A DNA stretch of 64,000 nt from a bacterium (GTDB taxonomy: Bacteria > UBA8248): positions 3,680,001-3,744,000 of the forward strand of contig CBDBZU010000004.1 of the NCBI GenBank assembly GCA_965213625.1, in the 5' to 3' direction. The notes under the pieces are model-generated. The model did no database searches. It had not been told where the DNA came from and worked only from the letters and a program-made list of their open reading frames with translations. How positions within the stretch are numbered: the first letter of the stretch is position 1; the number at the start of each line of letters is the position of its first letter. This document shows positions 30,684 through 40,482 of the stretch, in pieces. The translations under genes and the position numbers were made by a program.

Positions 30684-31970
30684 ATGAGTCGTTTGGATAG
30701 AAGAAAATTCCTGAAAGGTGCGGGCCTCATCGGCGGCATCGTCGCCGCGCAGACCGCGCCCCCCTTCCTGAGAGAGGGTCTCGGCGCCCGGCCGATTAAA
30801 TGGGGTTCCATCCACCCGACGACGGGCCCATACGCCACCGAGGCTTTCGACCAGGTGGAAGGCGTCAAGATCGCCATCGAGGACGTCAACAAGGAAGGCG
30901 GCGTGGACGGACGCGAAGTCAAGCTGCTCTTCCGCGACGACCAGTTCAAATGGGACCAGACCACCACGCACGCGCTCGACCTGATTGACAACCACCGGGT
31001 CGACTTCATTGCGGGCTCCATGGTCGGCCCCGAAGAAGTGCGCCTGAACGAGTTCTCCCGCAAGCGCAATATCATCTATGCGAACTACCCCCAGCACATC
31101 ATGTCCACCCCGGGGAACGCGAAGAAGATGTCGCCCCTGTTCTTCACAGCGAACACCACGCCATACCAGCTATGCGCGAGCTCGCTCACCTATATCGCCA
31201 AGAACAATTTAGGCAAAAAGATTCACTGCGTGTTCGACGACTACATCTGGCCCAAGATGTTCATCCCGGCATTCAACAAACTGACGAAGGACTTCAACCT
31301 CACATGGAACGCGAACAGCTCCGTCTCGTGGGTGCCCTTCCCGACCTCGATGGACTATTCCGCGACGTTCCCGAGAATCCTGAAAGAAAAGCCCGACATC
31401 GTCTACGCGCTCAACTGGGGACAGCGCCAGGTCGCCTTCGTCAAGCAGGCGCGCGAAGCCGGTCTCGACAAGAAGGTGAAGATCGTCCTTGGCGCCACCG
31501 AAATCACGATGCCCGAGGCCGCAGGCCCCGGTTCGTATGACGGCTTCAACGCGGCGATGATGTGGCACCCCTCTCTCGGAAGCAAGTACCCGGCCGCCAA
31601 GGCGCTGAACGACAAGTTCCTGGCGCGCCGCAAGCGTCCATGCTCGAGCTACGGAATGCTCGCCCACGACCTCACGCGTCTGATCCTGGACACGGCGAAA
31701 GAGACCAAGCTCTACAAGCGCCGTGATCACTTCAAGCTCGCGAAGGTGCTCGAAGGCAAGAAATTCCAGTACAGCAAGGGCGAGTGCCAGATTCGCCCCT
31801 GCGACCACGTCTGCATCTCGGAAGTGTTCGTGATGCGCGGAAAATCCAAGGCCGAGATGAAGGATAAATTCGACCACATCGAGGTCATCGGCTCCTCCAG
31901 CGGCGAAGGCAACACCGTCTCCTGCGAGGCGAAAGGCCTGAAAGAACCCGCCAGCGAGAGAAGGGCCTAG
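30684..31970 (+). CDS. Liv-type ABC substrate-binding protein with Tat signal
   Basis: DRRKFLK twin-arginine motif, VNKEGGVDGREV, AGGAGG RBS. Confidence 0.88.
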   Translation: MSRLDRRKFLKGAGLIGGIVAAQTAPPFLREGLGARPIKWGSIHPTTGPYATEAFDQVEGVKIAIEDVNKEGGVDGREVKLLFRDDQFKWDQTTTHALDLIDNHRVDFIAGSMVGPEEVRLNEFSRKRNIIYANYPQHIMSTPGNAKKMSPLFFTANTTPYQLCASSLTYIAKNNLGKKIHCVFDDYIWPKMFIPAFNKLTKDFNLTWNANSSVSWVPFPTSMDYSATFPRILKEKPDIVYALNWGQRQVAFVKQAREAGLDKKVKIVLGATEITMPEAAGPGSYDGFNAAMMWHPSLGSKYPAAKALNDKFLARRKRPCSSYGMLAHDLTRLILDTAKETKLYKRRDHFKLAKVLEGKKFQYSKGECQIRPCDHVCISEVFVMRGKSKAEMKDKFDHIEVIGSSSGEGNTVSCEAKGLKEPASERRA

Positions 31971-32004
31971 GAAACGGCGCACGGAAGCGCCTTTGGAAAC
32001 GCCC

Positions 32005-32040
32005 GCCCGGGCGGCCGGAAAACCGGTCGCCCGGGCTTTT
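32005..32040 (+). terminator. Hairpin plus U-tract after the SBP gene
   Basis: GCCCGGGCGGCCGG-AAAA-CCGGTCGCCCGGGC-TTTT. Confidence 0.6.
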
Positions 32041-32120
32041 CCTCACGGCGTTTGACAATGGGGCCGTTTCATCCTAGACATTGACCCTCTTACGACTTCC
32101 CCGTTCTCAAGGAGCGTGTT

Positions 32121-33101
32121 TTGCCAAGCGGCGGCGTAGAGTTTTCGGAATTCGTCCAGCATCTGTTTCTCGGGCTGGTGCAGGGTTCCTTCTGGGTTCT
32201 GCTGGCTCTGGGCCTTTCGATCATCTTCGGCCTGATGGGCATCATCAATTTCGGACACGGCGCTTTCTACATGCTTGGCGCGTACGTGGGGTACACGGTC
32301 TCGAACCTCATTTTCACGCCGATTCTCGGACCGAACGTGGGCTTCATCCTGGCAATCGCCATGGTACCCGTCGTCATGTTCGGAATCGGGATGGTCTTTG
32401 AGAAATACGTCATCAGCAATATATACAATACGGAAAACGAGCGATTTTCGGGCGTTCTCATCATGTTCGGCATGTCCATCTTCCTGCCGGACTTCGTCCG
32501 CCTCATCTGGGGCAGGCCGGGGAAGCCCTTCAACATTCCGCCGATGTTCCAGTTCTCGCTCTTGAAGACGGGCACGCTCGACATTACGGCGTACAGAAGC
32601 TTCACCATCATCACCGCGGCGATTCTCGTCGCCCTGCTCTGGGTGCTCATCTACAAGACGAACCTGGGTATGATGATCCGCGCGGGAACCAACAACAACA
32701 CGATGGTGAAGGTGCTGGGCATCAACGTCTCGCGTATCTGGCGGCTCACGTTCGGCTTAGGGATAGCCCTGGCCGGATTCTCCGGCGTCATGATAGCGCC
32801 CCTGTTCGCGGTGGACGCCACCATGGGCGAACTGATTCTGGTGCAGACCTTCATCGTCGTCGTCGTCGGCGGCATGGGGAGCTTTATCGGCCCGGTGATC
32901 GGCGGGTTGATTCTGGGCCAGCTATGGGCGCTCACGCCCCTGGTGGGCAGAACCCAATACGTGGTTCAAAACTGGACGGGCACGGTGATTGGCCCCGATT
33001 TCTGGGAAAAAGCGTCCGACATCCTGCTCTTCATCGTGATGGCGGTAATCCTTCTCTTGAGACCAAGAGGGTTGTTCGGCCAGGAAGGCGCTTTTGATTA
33101 A
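32121..33101 (+). CDS. ABC permease (LivH-like)
   Basis: GLSIIFGLMGIINFGHG, VVVGGMGS, RPRGLFG. Confidence 0.9.
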   Translation: MPSGGVEFSEFVQHLFLGLVQGSFWVLLALGLSIIFGLMGIINFGHGAFYMLGAYVGYTVSNLIFTPILGPNVGFILAIAMVPVVMFGIGMVFEKYVISNIYNTENERFSGVLIMFGMSIFLPDFVRLIWGRPGKPFNIPPMFQFSLLKTGTLDITAYRSFTIITAAILVALLWVLIYKTNLGMMIRAGTNNNTMVKVLGINVSRIWRLTFGLGIALAGFSGVMIAPLFAVDATMGELILVQTFIVVVVGGMGSFIGPVIGGLILGQLWALTPLVGRTQYVVQNWTGTVIGPDFWEKASDILLFIVMAVILLLRPRGLFGQEGAFD

Positions 33102-33133
33102 AGATCCTTATCGTCTCGGGAGAGATTTCTAAA

Positions 33134-34336
33134 GTGGATTCTGCTGCTCCAAAAAACCGATTCACCCCCAAGGAATTCTGGGCCTGGCTCGCGGAAGTCT
33201 TTGACAACTACGGCATACTGATACTCGCTGGCCTCCTGCTGGTGTATCCGTTTTTCTTCGGCGCCCTGAACGAATCGATCATCTGGCTAGAAGACAACGA
33301 CTGGGAAGCATCCGCCGAGATTCTAGCGGAGATTCGCGGCTTCGTGCCGAGCACGCCTTTGATGATTCAGATTCTCATCTACACGCTCTTCGGCATCGCC
33401 TTCAACATCCTGCTCGGCAACACCGGTATGCTCAGCCTGGGCCATTGCGCCTTTTTCGGCGTGGGCGGCTACACCGTTGGCATCATGCACGCCTGGATCA
33501 AACCCGACACCTACGCGCCCGACTGGATGGTCAGCGCCTTCAAGGTGTTGCCTCTGGAAATCTCGCTCATTACCTGCGTCATCGTCTCCACCTTCGTCGC
33601 CTGGCTCATCGGCACAATCTGCAGTTCGAAGCGCGGCGTGTATTTCGCCATGGTCACCCTCTCCATCAGCATGATCTTCTACTACTCCGCACAGACGTTC
33701 GACGACCTCACCGGCGGAACGGACGGCCTGGGCGGCCTCGAAAACATGCGGCTGGGCTCCATCAACCTGCGCGTGGGCATCATGGACGCGAACATCACTT
33801 ATTATTTCGTCTTTTTTCTAAGCGTCGTCTTCATCGCTATCATCTGGCAGATACTGCGCTCGCCGTTCGGCCACGTGCTCAGAGCCATCCGTGAAAACGA
33901 AGACCGCGCGCGCATCTGCGGCTACAACGTGGCGAAAGTCCGGCTCATGGCATTCACGATGAGCGGGGCCATCTCGGGAGTCGCGGGCGCGCTGGCGATC
34001 ATTTACGGCGAGACCGTGCCGATCGAGAACATCCACTTCATCACCTCGGGGCAGATCGTCATCATCACCCTCTTCGGTGGTGCGGGCACATTCCTGGGGC
34101 CTGCGGTGGGCTCGTTCATATACTGGTACCTGAGGCAGTTGATGAGCGTGGAGTTCGTAAAATACCTGGCCATATTCCAGTATTGGGAAGCGTGGGTAGG
34201 CGGCATCTTCGTTCTGATCGTGCTCTTCGTGCCCTCGGGTATTCTGGGCACCATCCGCAACATGACGCTCGAATACCGCGAGAAGAAATATCTGGCGAAA
34301 CAAGCCGCGGCCGAGACGGCCGCCGACCCGGAATAA
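33134..34336 (+). CDS. ABC permease (LivM-like)
   Basis: NILLGNTGMLSLGH, GVYFAMVTL, AIRENE. Confidence 0.9.
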   Translation: MDSAAPKNRFTPKEFWAWLAEVFDNYGILILAGLLLVYPFFFGALNESIIWLEDNDWEASAEILAEIRGFVPSTPLMIQILIYTLFGIAFNILLGNTGMLSLGHCAFFGVGGYTVGIMHAWIKPDTYAPDWMVSAFKVLPLEISLITCVIVSTFVAWLIGTICSSKRGVYFAMVTLSISMIFYYSAQTFDDLTGGTDGLGGLENMRLGSINLRVGIMDANITYYFVFFLSVVFIAIIWQILRSPFGHVLRAIRENEDRARICGYNVAKVRLMAFTMSGAISGVAGALAIIYGETVPIENIHFITSGQIVIITLFGGAGTFLGPAVGSFIYWYLRQLMSVEFVKYLAIFQYWEAWVGGIFVLIVLFVPSGILGTIRNMTLEYREKKYLAKQAAAETAADPE

Positions 34337-34347
34337 CGGAAAGAAAA

Positions 34348-35082
34348 ATGCCTATCCTGGAAACCAGAAGCCTGAGCAAGCATTTCGACGCCCTCGTCGC
34401 CGTGGACGCCGTGAATTATTCGGTCGACGCCGGCGAGTTGCGCTCCATCATCGGCCCGAACGGCGCGGGGAAAACGACATTCTTCAACATGATTGCGGGC
34501 GATCTGTTGCCTACGTCCGGGCAGGTGCTCTTCGATGGAGAAGACGTATCGAAATTCCCCGCTCATGAGCGATCCCACCTGGGGATAGGCCGCACCTACC
34601 AGATCACCAACATCTTCCCAAAGCTGAGCGTGCTGGAGAACATCCGCATCGCCGTGCAATCACGGAAGATGACATTCAACCTGTGGTCGACGATAGGAAA
34701 CCACAAGGAGTTGATTGAAAGGGCGGACGAGATACTCGAGCGCATCAACATGACGGATAAACGCGACGAGCTGGGCGGCACGCTCGCGCACGGCGAACAG
34801 CGCTATCTCGAAATCGGGATCGCCCTCGCCACCGACCCCAAGCTGCTCCTGCTCGATGAGCCGACGGCGGGCATGAGCCCGGAGGAAACGATTCAGACGG
34901 GCGAATTCATCAAAAGCCTGGCCGACCCGCTCACCATCGTGCTCGTGGAGCACGACATGGAGGTGGTGCTGGGCATTTCGGATAAGATCACCGTGCTGCA
35001 CAACGGCGCCTTTCTCGCCGAGGGCACGGTGGAGGAAGTCCGCGCGAACGCAGAAGTGCAGCGCGTATACCTGAGGGAATAA
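34348..35082 (+). CDS. ABC ATP-binding protein (LivG-like)
   Basis: GPNGAGKTT, LLLDEPTAGM, VEHDM. Confidence 0.9.
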   Translation: MPILETRSLSKHFDALVAVDAVNYSVDAGELRSIIGPNGAGKTTFFNMIAGDLLPTSGQVLFDGEDVSKFPAHERSHLGIGRTYQITNIFPKLSVLENIRIAVQSRKMTFNLWSTIGNHKELIERADEILERINMTDKRDELGGTLAHGEQRYLEIGIALATDPKLLLLDEPTAGMSPEETIQTGEFIKSLADPLTIVLVEHDMEVVLGISDKITVLHNGAFLAEGTVEEVRANAEVQRVYLRE

Positions 35083-35786
35083 TGCTCGAAGTAGAATCCA
35101 TCAACACGTTTTACGGCTTAAGCCACGTGCTTCACGACTTGAGCCTCAAGGTGGACGAAGGCGAGGCGGTGGCTTTCCTCGGCAGGAACGGGGCGGGAAA
35201 ATCCACCACCATGAAGACCGTCATGGGACTCTTGACGCCCCAGAGCGGCAAAATCTCCATGGAGGGCACCGACATCACCGAGGCCGAGGCGCATACCGTC
35301 TCGCTCGCGGGGATTTCATGGATTCCCGAGGATCGCCAGGTGTTCACCAACCTTACCGTTTTCGAGAACCTCAAAATCAGCCGCATCCCCATAGACAACG
35401 CCAAGAACCTGGACACGCACCTCGACTGGATTTTCTCCCTCTTCCCGCGCTTGAAGGAGCGCATCAACAACAAGGGGAACCAGTTGAGCGGCGGCGAGCA
35501 GCAGATGCTCACCATGGCGCGGGGTCTGGGCACGGAACCCAAACTCATCATGGTGGACGAACCCACCGAGGGCCTGATGCCCGCCTACGTCGAGACCATC
35601 GAGAACGTGTTGGTGGAGATCCAGAAGAAAGGCATCGCCATCCTGCTCGTGGAGCAGAACTTCCGCATGGCGCTCAGCATCACCAAACGCGCCTACCTGA
35701 TAGAAAAAGGCATCATCCAGTGGGAAGGCGCCTCCGCCGACCTGCTCGAAGACCAGGAAACCCGCATGAGGTATCTCGGCGTCTAG
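35082..35786 (+). CDS. ABC ATP-binding protein (LivF-like)
   Basis: GRNGAGKST, LSGGEQQM, DEPTEGL. Confidence 0.9.
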   Translation: MLEVESINTFYGLSHVLHDLSLKVDEGEAVAFLGRNGAGKSTTMKTVMGLLTPQSGKISMEGTDITEAEAHTVSLAGISWIPEDRQVFTNLTVFENLKISRIPIDNAKNLDTHLDWIFSLFPRLKERINNKGNQLSGGEQQMLTMARGLGTEPKLIMVDEPTEGLMPAYVETIENVLVEIQKKGIAILLVEQNFRMALSITKRAYLIEKGIIQWEGASADLLEDQETRMRYLGV

Positions 35787-35843
35787 CCGAAGTCAGGATC
35801 CCCGCCGAATCCACCGGCATTTAGACATCAGGAAGGAGACGGT

Positions 35844-36269
35844 ATGGACCAGCGTCTCAGCATCGTCACCCTGGGCGTAGACGACCTTCCGCGTGCGCGC
35901 GCTTTCTACGAGGCGCTCGGCTGGCGCGTTGCGAGCGAGGAGTTAGCCGAATCCATCGTCTGCTTCACGCTCAACGGAATCGGTTTCGCCCTCTACCCCC
36001 GCGACAAGCTCATCGAGGATATCGGGCCACGGGCCGGAAGCGGTGAGGCGACCGGCGCGCTCACCCTGGCGTACAACGTTCGCGCCCGCGAGGACGTCGC
36101 CAAGGTGTTAGCCGAAGCCGAACGCGCAGGCGGAACCATCGTCAAGCATGCGCAGGATGTCTTCTGGGGTGGACATTCAGGATACTTCAAGGATCCGGAC
36201 GGACATTACTGGGAAGTCGCCTGGAACCCCCACTCGCCGCTAGATGAAGCGGGGAACTTCGCCTGGTAG
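35844..36269 (+). CDS. VOC family protein
   Basis: LSIVTLGV, FWGGHSGYFKDPDGHYWEVAWNP. Confidence 0.9.
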   Translation: MDQRLSIVTLGVDDLPRARAFYEALGWRVASEELAESIVCFTLNGIGFALYPRDKLIEDIGPRAGSGEATGALTLAYNVRAREDVAKVLAEAERAGGTIVKHAQDVFWGGHSGYFKDPDGHYWEVAWNPHSPLDEAGNFAW

Positions 36270-36390
36270 GAGGTGGCGAGTCAGTCCTTCCGCATCATCA
36301 GAACATGGCGAGCCACCGCTTGCGGGCGCTGCTCGAAAAGCCCCTTGTCCGGGCCATCGCATCTACCCCCTGTCGTGGATTTGCTTTTCA

Positions 36391-36537
36391 GCCGTCATTC
36401 CGGCGAAAGCCGGAATCCATTTGCTTTGCCTTTGTTTTTTATTTTCTGATTGGTTCCCGCTAATGACGGGGAGATCTAAAGCCGACGTATCGTCATACCG
36501 CTTGAGAACGGATTCCGGCTTTCGCCGGTATGACGGC
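36391..36537. repeat. GTCATTCCGGC-type palindromic element (RPE-like)
   Basis: GCCGTCATTCCGGCGAAAGCCGGAATCC ... GGATTCCGGCTTTCGCCGGTATGACGGC; also at 53712-53854, half copy at 47894-47921. Confidence 0.8.
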
Positions 36538-36565
36538 GGTACGTACCCCGGAGTTGAGCGTTAGC

Positions 36566-36994
36566 TTAGCTTGAAAGGTTTGTTTTTTCGGTCAGGGCGT
36601 ATCGAGTGAGTCTGTTCAGTAACTCTTTTGACGGGCTTCCGCTACTGTACTTGCCCCTAGCCCATGAATCGGTGCTAAGCCAAGAGGTTGTCTTGCCTAC
36701 AACTTTGACCAATTCATCGTGAGGCACGAGGTACCAGATTTCATTCACCCTAAAAGCTATATAAAGTTGTTTGCCTTGGTATTTCTTGTCGATAGTGAGG
36801 CGTCCTTTGAGCTGGACTTTTAAGGTTTGTTGTCCATCCTTGTGGTACGCAAGAAAATCAGCGCCTTGCCAGTCGTCGTGGAGCTTGATGCAGTTGAAGC
36901 CGTAGTCCGCCAATAGCCCTGCAAGTTTTTGAAAGTTATAAACTTCCTTCTGCTTTGAATTTAGAGCCTCATAAAGGATATGTTTCAGTTTCAT
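36566..36994 (-). CDS. Small hypothetical protein, PD-(D/E)xK-like
   Basis: AAGGAG RBS, ADFLA..VQLK motif, AT-richer composition. Confidence 0.65.
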   Translation of the reverse strand: MKLKHILYEALNSKQKEVYNFQKLAGLLADYGFNCIKLHDDWQGADFLAYHKDGQQTLKVQLKGRLTIDKKYQGKQLYIAFRVNEIWYLVPHDELVKVVGKTTSWLSTDSWARGKYSSGSPSKELLNRLTRYALTEKTNLSS

Positions 36995-37104
36995 CCAATT
37001 AGACTCCTTCCTTCGAGCAATTCTTACGATCCATTCCACTTCGCGTGTAATAAGAACGCCAGTCTGTGCGTGGTTCTGACACCCGACACTTGAAACGACA
37101 CCCC

Positions 37105-38445
37105 TCACCGCTCATCGACGAGGCGGCGGGCCTTCACGTCGCGCATCGGGTCGTGGATAACGCCCGGCGCCACGAATTCGAGGACCGGCCGTATCATCAC
37201 CGCTCCCCGCACCCTGTCCGGCACGGAAGCGCCGAGCCGCTCGCGCTCTGAATCCTCGGCTTCCAGGCGGATGATCATCTCGTCCATCGAATCCGAATCC
37301 TCAGGCGCAGACTTGCGGATCCTCACCTGAAACTCGCGAATCGACCGTTCTTTCGAGAGGAGATCGAAAACGATATCCGGGTTCATGAGCATCCCGCGCA
37401 CCTTTAGCAGATCGCCCGTCCGCCTCGGCAGGCGCACGATGCGCTCGCCCACACGCCCGCAGTGCGGACAGGGCTCCCACCTGAGCGCGATGAGGTCCCC
37501 GATGAGATAGCGCAGAAACACCGTGCCCCGGCGGTGTAGGTGCGTGAGGGCTATCACGCCCTCTTCTCCTTCCGGCACGTGTTCGCCGGATTCGGGGTCC
37601 ACTACTTCGAGCAGGTAGAGTTCGGGCACGACGTTGTGCGGCATCGCATCGTTCGCGCACTGCACGAGGCCGCCCTGCATCTCCGTCGCCGCGTAGCGCA
37701 CCCGCACCTGCGGGTCGCTCGCCCCGAACCAGCGCAGATGGTCCATATACTCCTCGCGCAGGGCGTCGCTCACGGCCTCGCCCGTGGTGAGCACCATGCG
37801 CGCGCGGGGGAGCTTGACGCCGCGCTCGCGCGCTCTCCTCAGGAAGCGGCGGACGAAACTCGGCACCCCCCAGATAATCGTAGCGCCCGAATCGGCCACC
37901 ACGTCGACGGCCTCATCGAGCGAGCGCCTTACGGGGTATTCTGGATGCGGGCTGCCCGTCAGCGCGCTCACCACGGGCAGACCCATGATTTCCGCCGAAC
38001 GCACGCAGCAGAGAAACCCGCCCAGCGGCATGGGCGATAGCGGGTAGAGGTTCGCGATGACGTCTCCTGCCTGCAGACCTTCCGCCTCGTTGCAAACCCT
38101 CGCCTGGAGCATAATGTGGTACTGGTCGTGCGTGGTGTTGAAAAAAGGAGAAGGCCGCCCGCTCGTGGTGCCCGTGGTGTAGGCCACGTTCCACATGGTG
38201 CGCTCCTCGAAGGGAAGCTCGGGCAGCCAGGCGGGGTCGAGGCTGAAATCCTCGGGCGCCGCCATGAAATCCTCTTTTTTCGTGAGGGGGATTTTCTGGA
38301 GGTCGTCGAGTTCCTTGACCGCCTCAGGGATGAGGTTCGCCTCCGCGAAACGACGCTTGTAGAACGGGTGCGCCCGACCGCACAGGGCGACCATTCTCCT
38401 CAAGCGTTTTCTCCTCAACTCATGCAGCGCGTCTTGCTCGTTCAT
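37105..38445 (-). CDS. Phenylacetate-CoA ligase (PaaK-like) family protein
   Basis: TTGTTSGRP, YAATE, RYLIGD, RTGDLLKVRG. Confidence 0.85.
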   Translation of the reverse strand: MNEQDALHELRRKRLRRMVALCGRAHPFYKRRFAEANLIPEAVKELDDLQKIPLTKKEDFMAAPEDFSLDPAWLPELPFEERTMWNVAYTTGTTSGRPSPFFNTTHDQYHIMLQARVCNEAEGLQAGDVIANLYPLSPMPLGGFLCCVRSAEIMGLPVVSALTGSPHPEYPVRRSLDEAVDVVADSGATIIWGVPSFVRRFLRRARERGVKLPRARMVLTTGEAVSDALREEYMDHLRWFGASDPQVRVRYAATEMQGGLVQCANDAMPHNVVPELYLLEVVDPESGEHVPEGEEGVIALTHLHRRGTVFLRYLIGDLIALRWEPCPHCGRVGERIVRLPRRTGDLLKVRGMLMNPDIVFDLLSKERSIREFQVRIRKSAPEDSDSMDEMIIRLEAEDSERERLGASVPDRVRGAVMIRPVLEFVAPGVIHDPMRDVKARRLVDER

Positions 38446-38465
38446 CCGATCCCCTCTCCTGCCCC

Positions 38466-38855
38466 TTAAAATATTCCGGCCTTCCGCTGCAGCCAGCGCA
38501 CGTATTGCACGATCAGGGACACATCCTCGGGTTTCACACCCGGAACGGGCTGCATGTCGCCAAACTTCCAGTGATGGCTCTTCACCCCGCGCGAGACGGC
38601 CATGAAGAACGCGGCGTCCCCGTGATGGGAAGGCTCATAAATCTTGTGGACCAGCGGCGGCCCGATTCGAGTACCCCTGGCTTCGGGCCCGTGACAGCGC
38701 ATGCAGTTGCGCGAGAACAGCGATTTCCCTTTTTTGATTTGCGCCATATCCTCGGTTACGGGAACCCGTCCCGGCGGCTCGGGACGTTTCGTCAACGTCA
38801 CGATCAACCCAAACCCCGCTATGAGAAAAAGCCCCGCCGCCAACGCCTTGTTCAT
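38466..38855 (-). CDS. Monohaem c-type cytochrome
   Basis: N-terminal anchor, CMRCH, HHWKFGDM. Confidence 0.85.
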   Translation of the reverse strand: MNKALAAGLFLIAGFGLIVTLTKRPEPPGRVPVTEDMAQIKKGKSLFSRNCMRCHGPEARGTRIGPPLVHKIYEPSHHGDAAFFMAVSRGVKSHHWKFGDMQPVPGVKPEDVSLIVQYVRWLQRKAGIF

Positions 38856-38955
38856 CGTCCAAACCCTTTCGAAGTACGCAACACATCGCGAGAGCGCCTC
38901 ACCGCTCACTAACCGCCGCCCCAAGGCTTATCTACCGAGGCGGAGCCGAGACAGC

Positions 38956-40341
38956 TTAAGTGGATTTGATCGCGGATTTCAAACCCCGAACGCCCATGAA
39001 ACCAAGGATATCCCCGCTCCGCGACCACCGGAAAAACCATACGAGGAGGAGCGCGCCACTCAGAATCTGTCCCCCGCTCACCGCCCACCAGACGCCGCCC
39101 GCTCCCAAGGCAAGCCAGAACGAGAGCAGATAGGCGGCGGGGAGCTGAACGCCCCAGCGGACGACGCCCTCCACCAACATGGGCGGCTTCGAGCGCGAGG
39201 CTCCCTGGAACGCGCCCGCCATCACACGGCGGATGGACTCCATGAGGAGGCCTGCGCACAGAATCCGGAGCGCCATGACGGCCGTGGCGTTCCCCGCCAG
39301 GCCGAAAAAAGAGACGACCTCCGACGCCCAGGCGAACAACGCGATGCTCGCCGCCGCCATCAGCATCACAAGCGCGGCGACGGCGAGCCATACCGTGCGC
39401 GTCACGCGCTCGGGTTTCTCCGCGCCCATGTTCTGGCCCACCAGCGTGCGCACCGAGCTTTGCAGGCCGAAGCTCGGCATCCGGGCGATCATCGTCACGC
39501 GGTTGCCGATGCTCCACGCCGCCAGCGCGCTCGCCCCGAAGGGGGAGAGCATCCGCACCATGAGCAGGAGCGCGCTTCGCTCGAGTAGGTTTTGCACCAT
39601 GGCGGGCCAGGCGAGGCGCGCGACGCGGGATATCTCGGAAGCGCGCGGGCGCAAATCGGCCCACCTGAGCCTGAGCCTCGATTTTCCCTTCACGATGAAG
39701 GCGAGCATCGTCAAAAAACCGCCCAGCCGCCCCACGCCGATGCCGAGAAAGCTGCCCGCTATCCCCAACGCGGGAACCGGGCCCCATCCGAACATCAAGA
39801 GGGGGATGAAGATGAGCGTCAAGACGGTGGAAGCCACGACGCCCGCGATGGTGATGCCCGGCTCGCCGGTTCCCCGCAATATCTGGCCGATGACGAACAT
39901 CGCCTCGGCGGCGAGCAGCACGGCGAAGCCCGCGCGGATGTAGACGACGCCCAGGGCGGCGAGCGCGGGGTCGCGCGTCATCAAGTCCATCAGGAGGGGG
40001 GCGAACCATAGACCCAGGAACGTCGCGATGAGACTGAAGACGCCGACGAGGAAGATGGTCTGCCCCGCCATGACCGAAGCGCCCTCTCCATCGCCTGCGC
40101 CCACGCGCTGGGCCACGAGCGCCTGGCCTGCGATCCTGATTCCGAAAGGAGCCGAGCGGATGAACAACAGGGTGATGAAACCTAAAGACGCCGCCGCCAG
40201 GAATTCGGCCCCCATCTGGCCGAGCCAGTAAATCTCAAAAATGCCGTCGAGATTGCGGAGGATGCGCTCGCCGCATATCGGAACCGAGAGGCGCGTGATG
40301 GCCCAGCCGACCGAGCCCCGGGTGTAGTCGTATCCGCGCAT
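38956..40341 (-). CDS. MATE family efflux transporter
   Basis: YTRGS..LSVP, VAQRVGAG, VGQNMGA; about 12 TM segments. Confidence 0.87.
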   Translation of the reverse strand: MRGYDYTRGSVGWAITRLSVPICGERILRNLDGIFEIYWLGQMGAEFLAAASLGFITLLFIRSAPFGIRIAGQALVAQRVGAGDGEGASVMAGQTIFLVGVFSLIATFLGLWFAPLLMDLMTRDPALAALGVVYIRAGFAVLLAAEAMFVIGQILRGTGEPGITIAGVVASTVLTLIFIPLLMFGWGPVPALGIAGSFLGIGVGRLGGFLTMLAFIVKGKSRLRLRWADLRPRASEISRVARLAWPAMVQNLLERSALLLMVRMLSPFGASALAAWSIGNRVTMIARMPSFGLQSSVRTLVGQNMGAEKPERVTRTVWLAVAALVMLMAAASIALFAWASEVVSFFGLAGNATAVMALRILCAGLLMESIRRVMAGAFQGASRSKPPMLVEGVVRWGVQLPAAYLLSFWLALGAGGVWWAVSGGQILSGALLLVWFFRWSRSGDILGFMGVRGLKSAIKST

Positions 40342-40361
40342 ACTTTGGGAGTGACTCAGAA

Positions 40362-40474
40362 GGCGCACCTCGATGAAAGCGGAGATACCGGAAAGCGACC
40401 CGCCCATGATACGCTAGAGCACTCGATACGTTAAGGGAGAGAGAGCGCAGATGCCGCCCCCCGATTACGAACGA
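40362..40474 (+). repeat. Diverged direct duplicate of the M20 gene upstream region and first 8 codons (43033-43146)
   Basis: GAGATACCGGAAAGCGACnCGCCCATGATACGCTAG..GATACGTTAAnGGAGA..ATGCCGC present in both places. Confidence 0.8.
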
Positions 40475-40482
40475 TCGAAAGG

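Noticed and set aside
36420-36570. Integron attC site after the small nuclease gene (TAAGCTAAC on the minus strand)
   Set aside because: No matching GTTRRRY core at a suitable distance, and no integrase or cassette array
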